Shown: in pieces, positions 19,837 through 32,064 of the stretch
Layout: each line of letters starts with the position of its first letter
Numbering within the stretch: position 1 is the first letter of the stretch
NCBI GenBank assembly: GCA_965263355.1
Contig: CBDHHL010000032.1
Location: 2,880,001-2,944,000, forward strand
From: Leptolyngbyaceae cyanobacterium
GTDB taxonomy: Bacteria; Cyanobacteriota; Cyanobacteriia; Phormidesmidales; Phormidesmidaceae
Direction of reading: 5' to 3'
DNA length: 64,000 nt
The notes under the pieces: model-generated
Seen by the model: only the letters and a program-made list of their open reading frames with translations
Told to the model about the DNA's origin: nothing
The model's database searches: none
Made by a program: the position numbers and the translations under genes

Positions 19837-21378
19837 CTATTTAGAGCGATGTTCTATCCATTGCTGCCAGCGACGTTCGCACCAGGTCAAAACGTGGTCA
19901 AGCCAACGCAGAATTCTTTCTAAGGGATGCTCTAGATAGCTGACGTCATTGATGTCGGCCTCAAAGGCATGGGGATCTTTGCTAGACAATCGACGGGCAT
20001 TGTGTGCTTTAGGCGAATTGCTTGGTAAACGATGAGCGCGTGCCTTAACAGTATTAGCTGTAGTGGATGATGGAGGAAAAATGCGAGATCTAGGTTGGGG
20101 ATAGTTTTTGATTATAGGGGGAAGTTTGGGAGACTTTCTCCCTGGCGCTATCTGTGACCACGCTTTTTGAAATTCCATGGGTAGGGCTGCCATAAAGGCT
20201 GCACTAATGGCTAGAACAGTTTTTGGCGAGAGTGGCTTGGCTGGACGAGGGACTATGGTTCTCGATTGTCGATACGCCTGCATGACCTGTTCAATGTAGC
20301 GCTTGAGGTCTGCCTGTTGCTCAGGGGTGAAAATATCAAAAACCTCATTTTTAGAATTCACTAATACCAGTCTTTGATTGTTGAGAGAAGAGGCTAGGGT
20401 TGTTCCATTCTGTATAATGTCTGATGTGGCTCTGCGGTGAATAGATGAGGGGTCTTTAGCTGGGTATATAAGACTATGCTTGCTAACAAGAATCAGCTGG
20501 TCCCTCTGTTTGGATGAGAGCAGTTGTTGGGTATGGGTTAGGATTGCTGAATGTGATTGCTCAATGGGTACAACTTGACCCTGAATAGCTGAAATGGATT
20601 GGGCAAAGAGGCGTTTAAACTGTGGGTCGACTCTTGCTTGTTGTTGACCTTTGGCTTGTTCATAAGCCTGTATTATGCGAGTAACATAGTATTGTAGGTC
20701 TGTCTGTTGCTCAGGGGTGAAAATATCGAAGACCTCGTTTTTGAGATTCACCAACACCAGCTTTTGGGTTGTGATAGAAGAGGCCAAGGTCGTTCCATTT
20801 TGCCAAAGGTTTGATGAGTCGCTACGACGAACATTGGTTGTTTTTTCTTGTGTGAGACTGTCTAGTTGTTGGTGTTTGTGATGAGTGGTCGTCAGTCCAC
20901 CAGATTTTCTAAGGTTTTTATTAATTGAAGACAGTTTGCCAGGGCGTTGAAACCCCCTGGTTAGTTGTTGTCTGATTTGGCTAGCTACGCCGGATAGAAG
21001 AGATGTGACCTGATTGATAAAACCGTGGTTTGGTGCCAGGGCTAGCTGTTTCTTTTGCTCTGGTGACAGTAGTTGTTGGGTGTGGGTCAAAATTGCTGTC
21101 AGTGAGTGCTCAATGTCAGTGACATGACCTTTAGCAGGGGTTACGGGTTGCTGAGGCTGCTTGGGTTGTTTAGAACTGTTGCCGCTATCAAGGGCAAAGC
21201 TTGCTCGTTTTACTGCTCGCATGATGGCATAGATAGGCAATATAGCTACCTGTGCCCCCAGGGTGGCGGTTGACTGTAGCTGCCGCCAGGCGAGATCCTG
21301 TCGCTTTAGTCCCTGCTGCCACTGCTGCAGTACAAACCTGAGTAATTTGCTTTTGTAGGGACGAGACGACGATGGCAT
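19837..21378 (-). CDS. Hypothetical protein with an internal tandem domain duplication
   Basis: 513-aa ORF; AILTHTQQLLS and QNGTTLASS...LVLVN.KNEVFDIFTPEQQ each occur twice; C-term YLEHPLERILRWLD. Confidence 0.75.
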   Translation of the reverse strand: MPSSSRPYKSKLLRFVLQQWQQGLKRQDLAWRQLQSTATLGAQVAILPIYAIMRAVKRASFALDSGNSSKQPKQPQQPVTPAKGHVTDIEHSLTAILTHTQQLLSPEQKKQLALAPNHGFINQVTSLLSGVASQIRQQLTRGFQRPGKLSSINKNLRKSGGLTTTHHKHQQLDSLTQEKTTNVRRSDSSNLWQNGTTLASSITTQKLVLVNLKNEVFDIFTPEQQTDLQYYVTRIIQAYEQAKGQQQARVDPQFKRLFAQSISAIQGQVVPIEQSHSAILTHTQQLLSSKQRDQLILVSKHSLIYPAKDPSSIHRRATSDIIQNGTTLASSLNNQRLVLVNSKNEVFDIFTPEQQADLKRYIEQVMQAYRQSRTIVPRPAKPLSPKTVLAISAAFMAALPMEFQKAWSQIAPGRKSPKLPPIIKNYPQPRSRIFPPSSTTANTVKARAHRLPSNSPKAHNARRLSSKDPHAFEADINDVSYLEHPLERILRWLDHVLTWCERRWQQWIEHRSK

Positions 21379-21437
21379 AGTTGTATGACAAGCATTTCCA
21401 GACGCTTGATAAATCCTAGTTCGATCTTAGCGGAACT

Positions 21438-24400
21438 ATGAACTCCTCTACCCCATTTCTGACAAACCTAATCCAAGTACTACGGGCCTATAGCCAGCAG
21501 GATGTGCAGACGCAATGGCTGGGTCTGTATGAAGATTGTGGTGGTGGGCTAGATATGGCTACCCAGGGCTGCCCATGGGATATCAAACCGCTGAATGGAC
21601 GGCAGCATATTGCTTGGCCCCGTGGTCGAGTGTTGTGGCTCTATCAGCGGTTTACGGTGCCTGAGGTCTTACAGGGGTATCCACTCAGGGGACTGACGCT
21701 GCGTTTGTCCACTGCCTGGTGGGCGGAAGATGCCCAGTTGTACGTGAATGGTGAGTTTGTGCAGGCGGGGGATTTATTCGACTTTTTTACGCGGCTGTGT
21801 CTAAGCGAATCGGTGATGCCAGGGGACTCATTTGAGGTAGCGTTGCGGCTAGAGAGCCCAAAACATGATGCGGGGGCATTGGTGCGATCGCACCTAATCT
21901 ATGAAGCCCCTAATCATCCAGTCAGTCCTGAACCCGGCTTCGTTGCCGATGAATTGCAAGTTCTGCAGTACTATTTGCAAACCTTAGCTCCAGAAAAATT
22001 GCCTGTAGTCGAAACCCTGATTACTAAAGAATGGCAATCGAGCAGTGGTGATTTGCACCAACGCCTTGCTAATTTACGCCAGAGTCTATTGCCCTTTGGC
22101 GACTGGGTAAAACAGCGTCAAATCCACTGTGTTGGCCATGCCCATCTGGATTTAGCCTGGTTATGGCCTGTGGCTGACACCTGGCGGGCGGCAGAGCGTA
22201 CCTTTGAGTCAGTATTGGCCCTGCAGCAAGATTTTCCTGAGTTAACCTATAGCCATTCCAGTCCGGCCTTATTTGCTTGGCTAGAAGCCAATCGCCCTGA
22301 GCTATTTGGTCAGATTCAGCGGCAGGTGTCTGCTGGAAAATGGTCTATTGATGCGGGTTTGTGGGTAGAGCCTGAACTCAATATCGTCAGTGGAGAAGCG
22401 ATCGCAAGACAGTTGCTCTATGGGCAACGCTACTGTCAAGAAAAGTTTGGCTCCCGCAGTTTAATTGCCTGGTTGCCCGATACCTTTGGCTTTTGCTCCC
22501 AGTTACCCCAGTTACTCAAGCTAGGGGGGGTAGAGGTATTTGCCACCCAAAAACTACGCTGGAACGATACCACCCAGTTTCCCCATGAGCTGTTTCGTTG
22601 GCAGTCTCCCGATGGCAGTGAGGTGTTAGGCTGGACCCTGCCTCCCATTGGCACCGATGTTGACCCGGTGCAGATCGCAGAGTACGCAGCAAAATGGGAA
22701 AAGAAAACCGATAGCCTTCATGCTTGCTGGTTACCGGGGGTGGGCGATCATGGCGGTGGGCCAACGCGGGATATGTTGCTCAAGGCCCAACGTTGGCAAA
22801 AATCCCCATTTTTCCCAAAGGTGACATTTTCGACGCCAGCAGAATTTTTGAGAGCAGCGATCGCAAATGGAAAATCTGTAGAGTGGGCACTGCCCACTAA
22901 CAATTGTGAAACTTTCAATCAATTACCCCTATGGAACGATGAGCTTTATCTAGAACTTCATCGAGGTTGTTATACATCCCATGGTGATCAGAAACAGCAG
23001 AATCGTCGCGGAGAAGATTTGTTATATCAGGCAGAACTATGGGCGACGGTAGCCCAGCTAGTGGCTGGACAACCCTATCCCAAAGAGATATTAGAGACGG
23101 CCTGGAAAGGACTCTTATTTAATCAGTTTCACGACATTTTACCTGGGTCATCGATTCCAGAGGTATTTGAGGATGCGAATTGGGTGTGGGCTGAGGTGAT
23201 GGCATTAGGGCAAGAGGTGTTAGACGCCGCTTTGGAGAGTTTGTCAGCTCAAGCGGTAACTGAACAAGGCCAGCCATTGCTTGTGTTTAATCCCCATAGC
23301 TGGCGACGCTCGGATGTGGTCAATGTAGTCGTCCCAGCAGGGCCGTGGCAAATTATCAATTGTGAGACTCGGCAGCCAGTTGACTGTGTAGTCAATGCGG
23401 TCAGTAATCCCTTGGGTGGGGAGATGATGCAGGACGGTCAATCTCTTAGCTTTGTAGCCCATGCTGTGCCAGCAGTGGGTTACCGTCTATATGCCTTAGT
23501 TGCCGCTGAGTCGATGGTTATAACGGAACAGTTAGGGGAGACCACTGACTTTGTTTTAGAGAATAGTTATTTGCGAGTTGTTATTTCTCCTGAGACCGGT
23601 GAGATTAGCTCTTGTCTCCATCTGGCAACAGGACGAGAGATGTTTAGTGCCGCTGCAAACCAGCTGCAATGTTTTGACGATAGCGGTCAATATTGGGATG
23701 CTTGGAATATTGACCCTGACTATGGGTCTAAGCCCTGCGCACCTGCAATGCTTGTAGCAATTGAGTGGATTGCGAATAACCCGATCCATCAACGGTTACG
23801 TGTGACTCGTCAGCTGAACCAATCAACCCTGGTGCAAGATTATAGTTTGGCGGCAGAGTCTCCTTTCCTGACAGTAGAAACTTGGGTAGATTGGCACGAA
23901 ACCCAGGTGGTGCTCAAGGTGAACTTTCCAATTACCGTGGAGTCTGACTATGCGACCTATGAAGTTCCCTTTGGTGCTATTGAACGGTCTACAAAGCCGA
24001 CAACTGACCATGAAAAAGCAAAGTGGGAAGTGCCTGCATTGCGGTGGGCAGATTTGAGTGATGACGCCTTTGGTCTCAGTATTCTGACGGACTGTAAGCA
24101 TGGGTTTGATGCCCAACCTTGTCAGCTACGGCTGACATTACTCAAAGCACCCCTGTGGCCAGATCCAGGGTGCGATCGCGGTCATCACCACTTTACCTAT
24201 GCCATTTATCCCCACGCTGGTAACTGGCAAATGGCCCATACGCCTCACCATGCCCAGGCCTTCAATATCCCACTGCGGGCCTATACGTCTAAAAACCATC
24301 AGTCTTCTGTTCAGCGGCCTTCTGCCCAGCGGGATGCCCATCGTAGCTTTCTGAGCCTTGACTCAGACCATCTCATCCTTGCGACCTTCAAACCCACTGA

Positions 24401-24587
24401 GATAGATCGACATAATTTTGTGGCTCGGTACTATGATGCCTATGGCAGGTCATACCAGGAAGAAAGGGCTCCCATTGTTAATAGTCTAGGGTTAACCCTA
24501 GGAGAAGCTTTAAACATTCTCGAAGAGTCCATAGACGACCCCTGCCTAAAGCGAGCTTATCAAATTCAAACCCGTCGTTTGAACTGA
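21438..24587 (+). CDS. Alpha-mannosidase, glycoside hydrolase family 38
   Basis: GHAHLDLAWLWP, WLPDTFG, GVGDHGGGP, ELYLELHRG, NQFHDILPGS. Confidence 0.95.
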   Translation: MNSSTPFLTNLIQVLRAYSQQDVQTQWLGLYEDCGGGLDMATQGCPWDIKPLNGRQHIAWPRGRVLWLYQRFTVPEVLQGYPLRGLTLRLSTAWWAEDAQLYVNGEFVQAGDLFDFFTRLCLSESVMPGDSFEVALRLESPKHDAGALVRSHLIYEAPNHPVSPEPGFVADELQVLQYYLQTLAPEKLPVVETLITKEWQSSSGDLHQRLANLRQSLLPFGDWVKQRQIHCVGHAHLDLAWLWPVADTWRAAERTFESVLALQQDFPELTYSHSSPALFAWLEANRPELFGQIQRQVSAGKWSIDAGLWVEPELNIVSGEAIARQLLYGQRYCQEKFGSRSLIAWLPDTFGFCSQLPQLLKLGGVEVFATQKLRWNDTTQFPHELFRWQSPDGSEVLGWTLPPIGTDVDPVQIAEYAAKWEKKTDSLHACWLPGVGDHGGGPTRDMLLKAQRWQKSPFFPKVTFSTPAEFLRAAIANGKSVEWALPTNNCETFNQLPLWNDELYLELHRGCYTSHGDQKQQNRRGEDLLYQAELWATVAQLVAGQPYPKEILETAWKGLLFNQFHDILPGSSIPEVFEDANWVWAEVMALGQEVLDAALESLSAQAVTEQGQPLLVFNPHSWRRSDVVNVVVPAGPWQIINCETRQPVDCVVNAVSNPLGGEMMQDGQSLSFVAHAVPAVGYRLYALVAAESMVITEQLGETTDFVLENSYLRVVISPETGEISSCLHLATGREMFSAAANQLQCFDDSGQYWDAWNIDPDYGSKPCAPAMLVAIEWIANNPIHQRLRVTRQLNQSTLVQDYSLAAESPFLTVETWVDWHETQVVLKVNFPITVESDYATYEVPFGAIERSTKPTTDHEKAKWEVPALRWADLSDDAFGLSILTDCKHGFDAQPCQLRLTLLKAPLWPDPGCDRGHHHFTYAIYPHAGNWQMAHTPHHAQAFNIPLRAYTSKNHQSSVQRPSAQRDAHRSFLSLDSDHLILATFKPTEIDRHNFVARYYDAYGRSYQEERAPIVNSLGLTLGEALNILEESIDDPCLKRAYQIQTRRLN

Positions 24588-24627
24588 ACTTTTCAGCAGC
24601 AGTGGTAGACATCTGCAGAATTATAGA

Positions 24628-24657
24628 GGCCGAGCTGTTAGTAATAACAGCTCGGCC
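24628..24657. terminator. Perfect GC-rich hairpin between convergent genes
   Basis: GGCCGAGCTGTTA-GTAA-TAACAGCTCGGCC followed by CGTTTCT. Confidence 0.75.
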
Positions 24658-24872
24658 CGTTTCTGTATATTAGGGTCGCAATAGGGGGTGGGTTATATAT
24701 AGTTCGTTTGTCTACACACTACATTCAACCCAAAAGAGACCTATCAGCTAACAGTTTGGCGAAGATAATTTGAACTTTCCTTGAAGCTATTTTTGTTACC
24801 TTGGGTTGGGCATGAAAAGTTACCAAACCATGTATAGAAAAGGCACGTCCTATCTCCGCATAACTACGTGCT

Positions 24873-25274
24873 TTAAGCTGCTACAGGTGTTTTACTATTG
24901 CTGGTATGACTATTGTTGCTATTCTCTCCATTGGGATCTTTCACCACATCTAAGTCAATATCTAGTACTTGCATCGTCAAACCAGCCTTGGGAGAGCCGT
25001 CTGATTTTGATACGTAGGGTGTGGGCTCTACACTGCCAGTACAAATAATTAACGATCCTTTTTTCAAAAAAGGTAGTTTTCGCCAGCCAGCCGATCCTTC
25101 CCAGATATTTAACCTCACTGTGAAAGATTCATTGCGATCTTTTACACTACGCACGTAAATGGTGCCAGCCGCTACCTTCGACTGACGACCGCTGCGTAAT
25201 TCCACAGTTTTGACAGTAGCGTCAGCAGCTAAATTACCGCTAACGGTCCATTTATTTAAGCCAGCACTGGACAT
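24873..25274 (-). CDS. ssb: Single-stranded DNA-binding protein (short SSB paralogue)
   Basis: NKWTVSGNLAADA...IWE...LKKGSLI..TG OB-fold pattern; no acidic DDDIPF tail. Confidence 0.75.
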   Translation of the reverse strand: MSSAGLNKWTVSGNLAADATVKTVELRSGRQSKVAAGTIYVRSVKDRNESFTVRLNIWEGSAGWRKLPFLKKGSLIICTGSVEPTPYVSKSDGSPKAGLTMQVLDIDLDVVKDPNGENSNNSHTSNSKTPVAA

Positions 25275-25374
25275 AGAAACAAACCCCTTTTGAGATGTCA
25301 GGTGTACCCTCTCAAAGTGCCCAGCCTAACTATCAGGGTTTGTATTCTTAGTAAGATTAGGTGCAATGCCGACC

Positions 25375-26850
25375 CTAGCGGTGCCGAATAGAATTATAGA
25401 TTTTCAGGTACTGTTCGCCAGGAAGATTCCAGGAATAGTCGTAGGCCATCCCCTGTCGCTGGACTTGCTGAAATCGTTCACGATCTGTATACCAAAGGTC
25501 TAACGCTCGATCTAAAGCTGACTCTAGGGCATAGTCGTCTGAATGGTAGAACACAAAGCCATTGCGCTTTTCAGGGGGTTTATTTTCGTCGTAGTCGATG
25601 TCAAAGACCGTATCCACCAGGCCACCAACACCTCTCACGACGGGCACTGTGCCATACTTAAAGCTAATTAGCTGAGTTAAGCCACAGGGCTCAAAGTTGC
25701 TGGGGACCACGATAATATCGGCACCCGCATAAATCAGATGGGACAGCTCTTCATTAAAGCCCAGCTCTAGATGACAGTTTGGATTATCAGTTTGATGCGC
25801 TTTTTCGTACTGGAAGTGATCGTTGGTGCTGGCATTCGTGGCTGAGCCCAGTAAAACAAACTGAGCACCCCGCTCAAGGGTACGGTACATGGCGTGATGT
25901 ACTAGATGCACCCCCTTCTGCTCATCCAAACGGCCAATAAAGGCAACCAGAGGTTTGTCATCGTGACCTAGCGTCAACTGTTCACGTAGCGCTTTTTTGC
26001 TATACAACTTATTCTCTAACGTGTCTGGCGCATAGGGTTCTGGAATATAGGTATCAACCATTGGGTTCCAGAGGTTGTAGTCAATGCCGTTAAGGACACC
26101 CCTAAACTTATGTTGGTGTAAATGTAGCGTATGACCAAGACCATAACCAAAATCACCATGGTGGGCTTCCCAAGCATGGTGGGGTGAAACAGTATTCACT
26201 GCATTGGAGTAAGTAATGCCACCCTTCATATAGTTGAGGGCAAAGGGATTGAAATTATCCTGTAGGCGCTCGGGGTTGAAGTAATAGGGCTCGCGATTCA
26301 GCCCTGTGGCCCACAGTACTTCCGGACCTGCATTACCCTGATGTTTGAAATTGTGGATGGTATAGCACACACGCTGGTGCTCCATCCCGTGATACTTATA
26401 AATTTCGAATAGCAGCACGGGCACTAGGCCAGTTTGCCAGTCGTGGCAGTGGATCACATCGGGGCGTTTATTGCTCTGTTGTAAGAACTCTAGGGCTGCT
26501 TTACTAAAAAAGGCAAAGCGCATGGAGTCATCATCGCAGCCGTAGTATCGGCCCCGGTTAAACCAGTTATCTTCGTCATCGGGCTCAATAAAAAAGCAAA
26601 GACGCCCATGGACCCAGCCGCAAGAAACATCACAGCGTACTTCGGCACCGTACCAGGGCACCATGAGATCGTTGTAGGCATCGTGTAGACCCCAAATGTG
26701 GTCATACCGCATGCAATCATATTTGGGCAGAATCAGCTCTACGGCATGGCCCCGTAGCTCTAGCTCGCGACTAAGACCGTAGACGACATCCCCTAAACCT
26801 CCGGATTTGATCACTGGAGCGCATTCGGAGGCGATTTGTACGATATACAT
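25375..26850 (-). CDS. glgA: Glycogen synthase
   Basis: KSGGLGDV, HCHDWQT, GRLDEQKG, PSNFEPCGLTQ, GGLVDTV. Confidence 0.97.
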   Translation of the reverse strand: MYIVQIASECAPVIKSGGLGDVVYGLSRELELRGHAVELILPKYDCMRYDHIWGLHDAYNDLMVPWYGAEVRCDVSCGWVHGRLCFFIEPDDEDNWFNRGRYYGCDDDSMRFAFFSKAALEFLQQSNKRPDVIHCHDWQTGLVPVLLFEIYKYHGMEHQRVCYTIHNFKHQGNAGPEVLWATGLNREPYYFNPERLQDNFNPFALNYMKGGITYSNAVNTVSPHHAWEAHHGDFGYGLGHTLHLHQHKFRGVLNGIDYNLWNPMVDTYIPEPYAPDTLENKLYSKKALREQLTLGHDDKPLVAFIGRLDEQKGVHLVHHAMYRTLERGAQFVLLGSATNASTNDHFQYEKAHQTDNPNCHLELGFNEELSHLIYAGADIIVVPSNFEPCGLTQLISFKYGTVPVVRGVGGLVDTVFDIDYDENKPPEKRNGFVFYHSDDYALESALDRALDLWYTDRERFQQVQRQGMAYDYSWNLPGEQYLKIYNSIRHR

Positions 26851-27081
26851 GCTGACCCCTGGCTGCTCCTAAAAATGGATGTTTACTCTGTGAGTGTTAT
26901 CTAATTTAGAACGAAAGCCTTAGGTTAACCAGTCATTTATGCCTGTCAAGGGGGATAGTTTATAAAACCGCGCAGTAGTTATGGTTGCTAACCTTGGATT
27001 AGTGAGTTTAGAGGTCTCATGGTTCAGTCAATTTGGTTTGTGGAGTTTTTAGGATTGCGATCGCACCTCAATACTTTGTAA

Positions 27082-27363
27082 ATCCATCCGACTGAGGCGG
27101 CCATGATTGTAGAGGTTGCAGACTCTTCGTTGGCTTATGATCGGACAGTGAAGCACAGTCTTTATGCCAGGGCGAGGATTGCGGACTATTGGATTGTGAA
27201 TTTGGTAGATCGGCAGTTAGAGATTTATCGGCAGCCGATGGCTGATGCGGATGCAAAGTATGGATTTGGCTATACGGTCTCGGAGATTTATCAGCCTGGG
27301 CAGATAGTGAGTCCGCTGGCTATGGGTGAGAAGATTGTTGCGTTAAGCGACGTATTGCCTTAA
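27082..27363 (+). pseudogene. C-terminal fragment of a Uma2-family endonuclease
   Basis: HPTEAAMIVEVADSSLAYDR..K..LYARARIADYWIVNL is the Uma2 C-terminal half; in-frame TAA at 27079-27081 and no N-terminal half. Confidence 0.75.
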
Positions 27364-27374
27364 TAGCAATGTAT

Positions 27375-28103
27375 CTAATCAGTTGAGTTGAGCTTTAAAT
27401 TCTGTTGAATGTAGCCCTGAACTGTAATGTTGTTCTGTTGATAGAAAACTGGGCGTTTTGCATAGCGTTCCTGATGATTACGCTCTCGTTCTTTTGTTGC
27501 GGCTTGAGCTGTAGGGGTTTTAGAAAACTGCTCTATCACTGGATAGCTTGCACCTAGATACATCAGCATCAATTCTTGTACATGAGCGCTATTGACTAAT
27601 TTTGGTGGCAAACTGTTGAAAGCTCGGGAGAGTTTTTGTTGGGTTTCTGGTGAACTGACTTGCTCGGGTTGAGTCAGATCGGCATCAAGGGGTATTTCAG
27701 CGGGCCACTGATAGAAGGCTTGTTCGGCCAGGACCGTCAACCATGGGGCAAATTCAGGGTGATGCCAGAGGGTGATTTGGTTGTCTAACAGTGAGTTGAC
27801 CAGGTCGGTTGGCTCTAGTGGCTGTAATTCTGATGATGGATCGGCAGTATAAAAGTCGTCGATATTATCGTTGAACCAGGCGTACCAGGTGGAGCTGCTG
27901 TCGAGGTCTGTAAATTTGTCAGGAGCTGTAGAGTCCTCAGAAGCAGCACTGCTGGGTTGTTGAGGAGTTAAACCAATCGTTTTTGCTTGAATGTAATTAC
28001 GGACAAGCCAGGTTAACCATGGCATCAATCCTAGCTTGATGGAGCTGGCTAGGATGAAGTCCCGTAAGGTCGATAATGGTTGGTTCAACTGTTGTTTATG
28101 CAT
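27375..28103 (-). CDS. Hypothetical protein
   Basis: 242-aa ORF divergent from an RHH gene; no recognised motif. Confidence 0.55.
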   Translation of the reverse strand: MHKQQLNQPLSTLRDFILASSIKLGLMPWLTWLVRNYIQAKTIGLTPQQPSSAASEDSTAPDKFTDLDSSSTWYAWFNDNIDDFYTADPSSELQPLEPTDLVNSLLDNQITLWHHPEFAPWLTVLAEQAFYQWPAEIPLDADLTQPEQVSSPETQQKLSRAFNSLPPKLVNSAHVQELMLMYLGASYPVIEQFSKTPTAQAATKERERNHQERYAKRPVFYQQNNITVQGYIQQNLKLNSTD

Positions 28104-28235
28104 TCTGAAAGTTTAGTACGAACATTGTTTTGGATCAAGCTTATTTACATTTTTTAGTGTCACCAAGACATGAATTGATGTCTTAATGATGTAATAAGTT
28201 GTGTCTGTAGATTTAGAAGCAGTATCATAACCACT

Positions 28236-28424
28236 ATGACCAAACGTGTGCAAGTAACTCTTCCAGACCGCCTAGCAGAAGCTCTAGAGCAGTGGGCTGC
28301 TTATGATGGCCGACCCCTGAGTAATTTATGTGCTTTTTTGCTGGAAAAGGCAGTGCTTGATGCTAAGCAAGCGGGTGCTGAGTGGTCTGAGTCTGATAAC
28401 GCCTCTGACAAGTCACACAAGTGA
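28236..28424 (+). CDS. CopG-like ribbon-helix-helix protein
   Basis: KRVQVTLPD.L...LEQWA..DGRPLSNLCAFLLE matches the cyanobacterial RHH pattern. Confidence 0.85.
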   Translation: MTKRVQVTLPDRLAEALEQWAAYDGRPLSNLCAFLLEKAVLDAKQAGAEWSESDNASDKSHK

Positions 28425-28447
28425 TTGCAAAGTCACACAAGTGATTG
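28410..28447. repeat. 18-bp direct repeat, 20-bp period
   Basis: AAGTCACACAAGTGATTG at 28410 and 28430; each copy contains TCAC-N4-GTGA. Confidence 0.85.
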
Positions 28448-28658
28448 TGAGGGGTATCTATTTGAGCGACATCTACTTTGTGCTCCTGCAAGACTTCGGA
28501 CATTACAACGTAAGAGGTATGGACATCGTCCTTGAGCTGTTCTAATTGCTCCAGGAATGCCATTAGGTCTTTAGATCCATGGGTGTATGCACTCAGACTG
28601 AATGGTAGTAAATCAGAAGATATACATCGGTGAGTGATTCCTGCTAAAAAGTTAATGC

Positions 28659-29252
28659 TTAGATATTTAGAACGGTTTGAGCGGTGATGGCTAGGTCTGG
28701 GAAAACGGCTGAATTGATAATTTGTTGGTCTGTGTAGATTTTTTCTTGGTAAGTTCCGTCTATCAGTATGAGCACGGTGACTTGAGCGCGATGAGGGTCG
28801 ATAATCCAGTATTCTGGGATGCCCCAGTCCTGATATTGCTGGCGCTTCCATTCGTAATCGCGGCGATAATTGTCGCTGGTGGGACCGCCGGGGCTGACGA
28901 CTTCGGCGATCAATTGGGGTGGTGGATCGCCCAGCACAAGGGCGGTTTTGTTGAGTAGGGTTTCGAGCTGCAGGTGGTCTGGGCGAAGGATAACCAGGTC
29001 GGGATGGCGAGATTTACGATTGTCGCCGATGGGGTTGACCTGCATGGTGAGGACGTGGGCAACGATGAGGGTGGCGTCTACATGGGCTTCAATCTGGGCG
29101 GTGAGAAGTTTGACCAAGAGGTTATTGATCCAAGCTTCGTTTGGCACTTCTACCAGTTCTCCATTGCTCAGCAGGTCGTACCGGATATCTGAACCGTCAT
29201 CGTGGTCTAGATACTCGGTGAAGGTCATGGGTTTTGCCTTTGCCTGGGTCAT
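28659..29252 (-). CDS. Uma2-family endonuclease (PD-(D/E)XK-like)
   Basis: MTFTEYL, SRHPDL, AEVVSPG, RRDYEWKRQQY...IPEYWIIDP. Confidence 0.92.
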   Translation of the reverse strand: MTQAKAKPMTFTEYLDHDDGSDIRYDLLSNGELVEVPNEAWINNLLVKLLTAQIEAHVDATLIVAHVLTMQVNPIGDNRKSRHPDLVILRPDHLQLETLLNKTALVLGDPPPQLIAEVVSPGGPTSDNYRRDYEWKRQQYQDWGIPEYWIIDPHRAQVTVLILIDGTYQEKIYTDQQIINSAVFPDLAITAQTVLNI

Positions 29253-29367
29253 TCGCCTAACCTCCTGGTGTTCAGGATCTTTATTAAGTTTAGCGGGTGT
29301 AGTTGGACGCTGGAAAATATCAGCTTTTTTTACTGAATCGGGTGATACTGGGCTGTAGGTCCTGATA

Positions 29368-31547
<2,180 letters not shown>

Positions 31548-31581
31548 AATGGCAGACATTATGCTTTTGAGGTTGTTGCTG

Positions 31582-32059
31582 TGGGGATGGTGGATAGTTG
31601 GGAGAGTTTTGGTGAGGTGTGATTGATATTGGTTTAGGGATTGCCCATCCTACGGAGACTTTTTAATATGTTTGTTTTTGTCGAAAGATTATTATTCTGC
31701 AGGTTGGTCTTTGGGGATGGTGGGTAATGGAGGTTTGGGTGAGGTGTGATTGATATTGGTGGAGGGGTTACCCTGGGGATGGTGGGTAATGGAGGTGTGG
31801 GTGAGGTGTGATTGATATTGGTGGAGGGGTTACCCACTCTACGGCTGAAATTTGGTCAATGGGTCATTGGGGGAATCTCTGGGGATGGTGGGTAATGGAG
31901 GTGTGGGTGAGGTGTGATTGATATTGGTGGAGGACGGGTTACCCACTCTACGGCTGAAATTTGGTCAATGGGTCATTGGGGGAATCTCTGGGGATGGTGG
32001 GTAATGGAGGTGTGGGTGAGGTGTGATTGATATTGGTGGAGGGGTTACCCACCCTACGG
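31582..32059 (-). repeat. Tandem array of five ~62-74 bp GTAG-REP-like units
   Basis: Units at 31582-31655 (degenerate), 31712-31773 (truncated), 31774-31844, 31880-31953, 31989-32059. Minus strand reads GTAG-(A/G)GTGGGTAA-loop-TTACCCACC; identical 35-bp linker at 31845 and 31954. Confidence 0.9.
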
Positions 32060-32064
32060 TTTAA

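Noticed and set aside
31634..31837. Pro/Thr-rich ORF, and ORF 32705..32902
   Set aside because: Translations of REP units or the antisense of Uma2.
31582..32059. CRISPR array
   Set aside because: Repeats are ~70 bp, linkers are identical or absent rather than unique spacers, and no cas gene is in the window; REP-like structure explains it.
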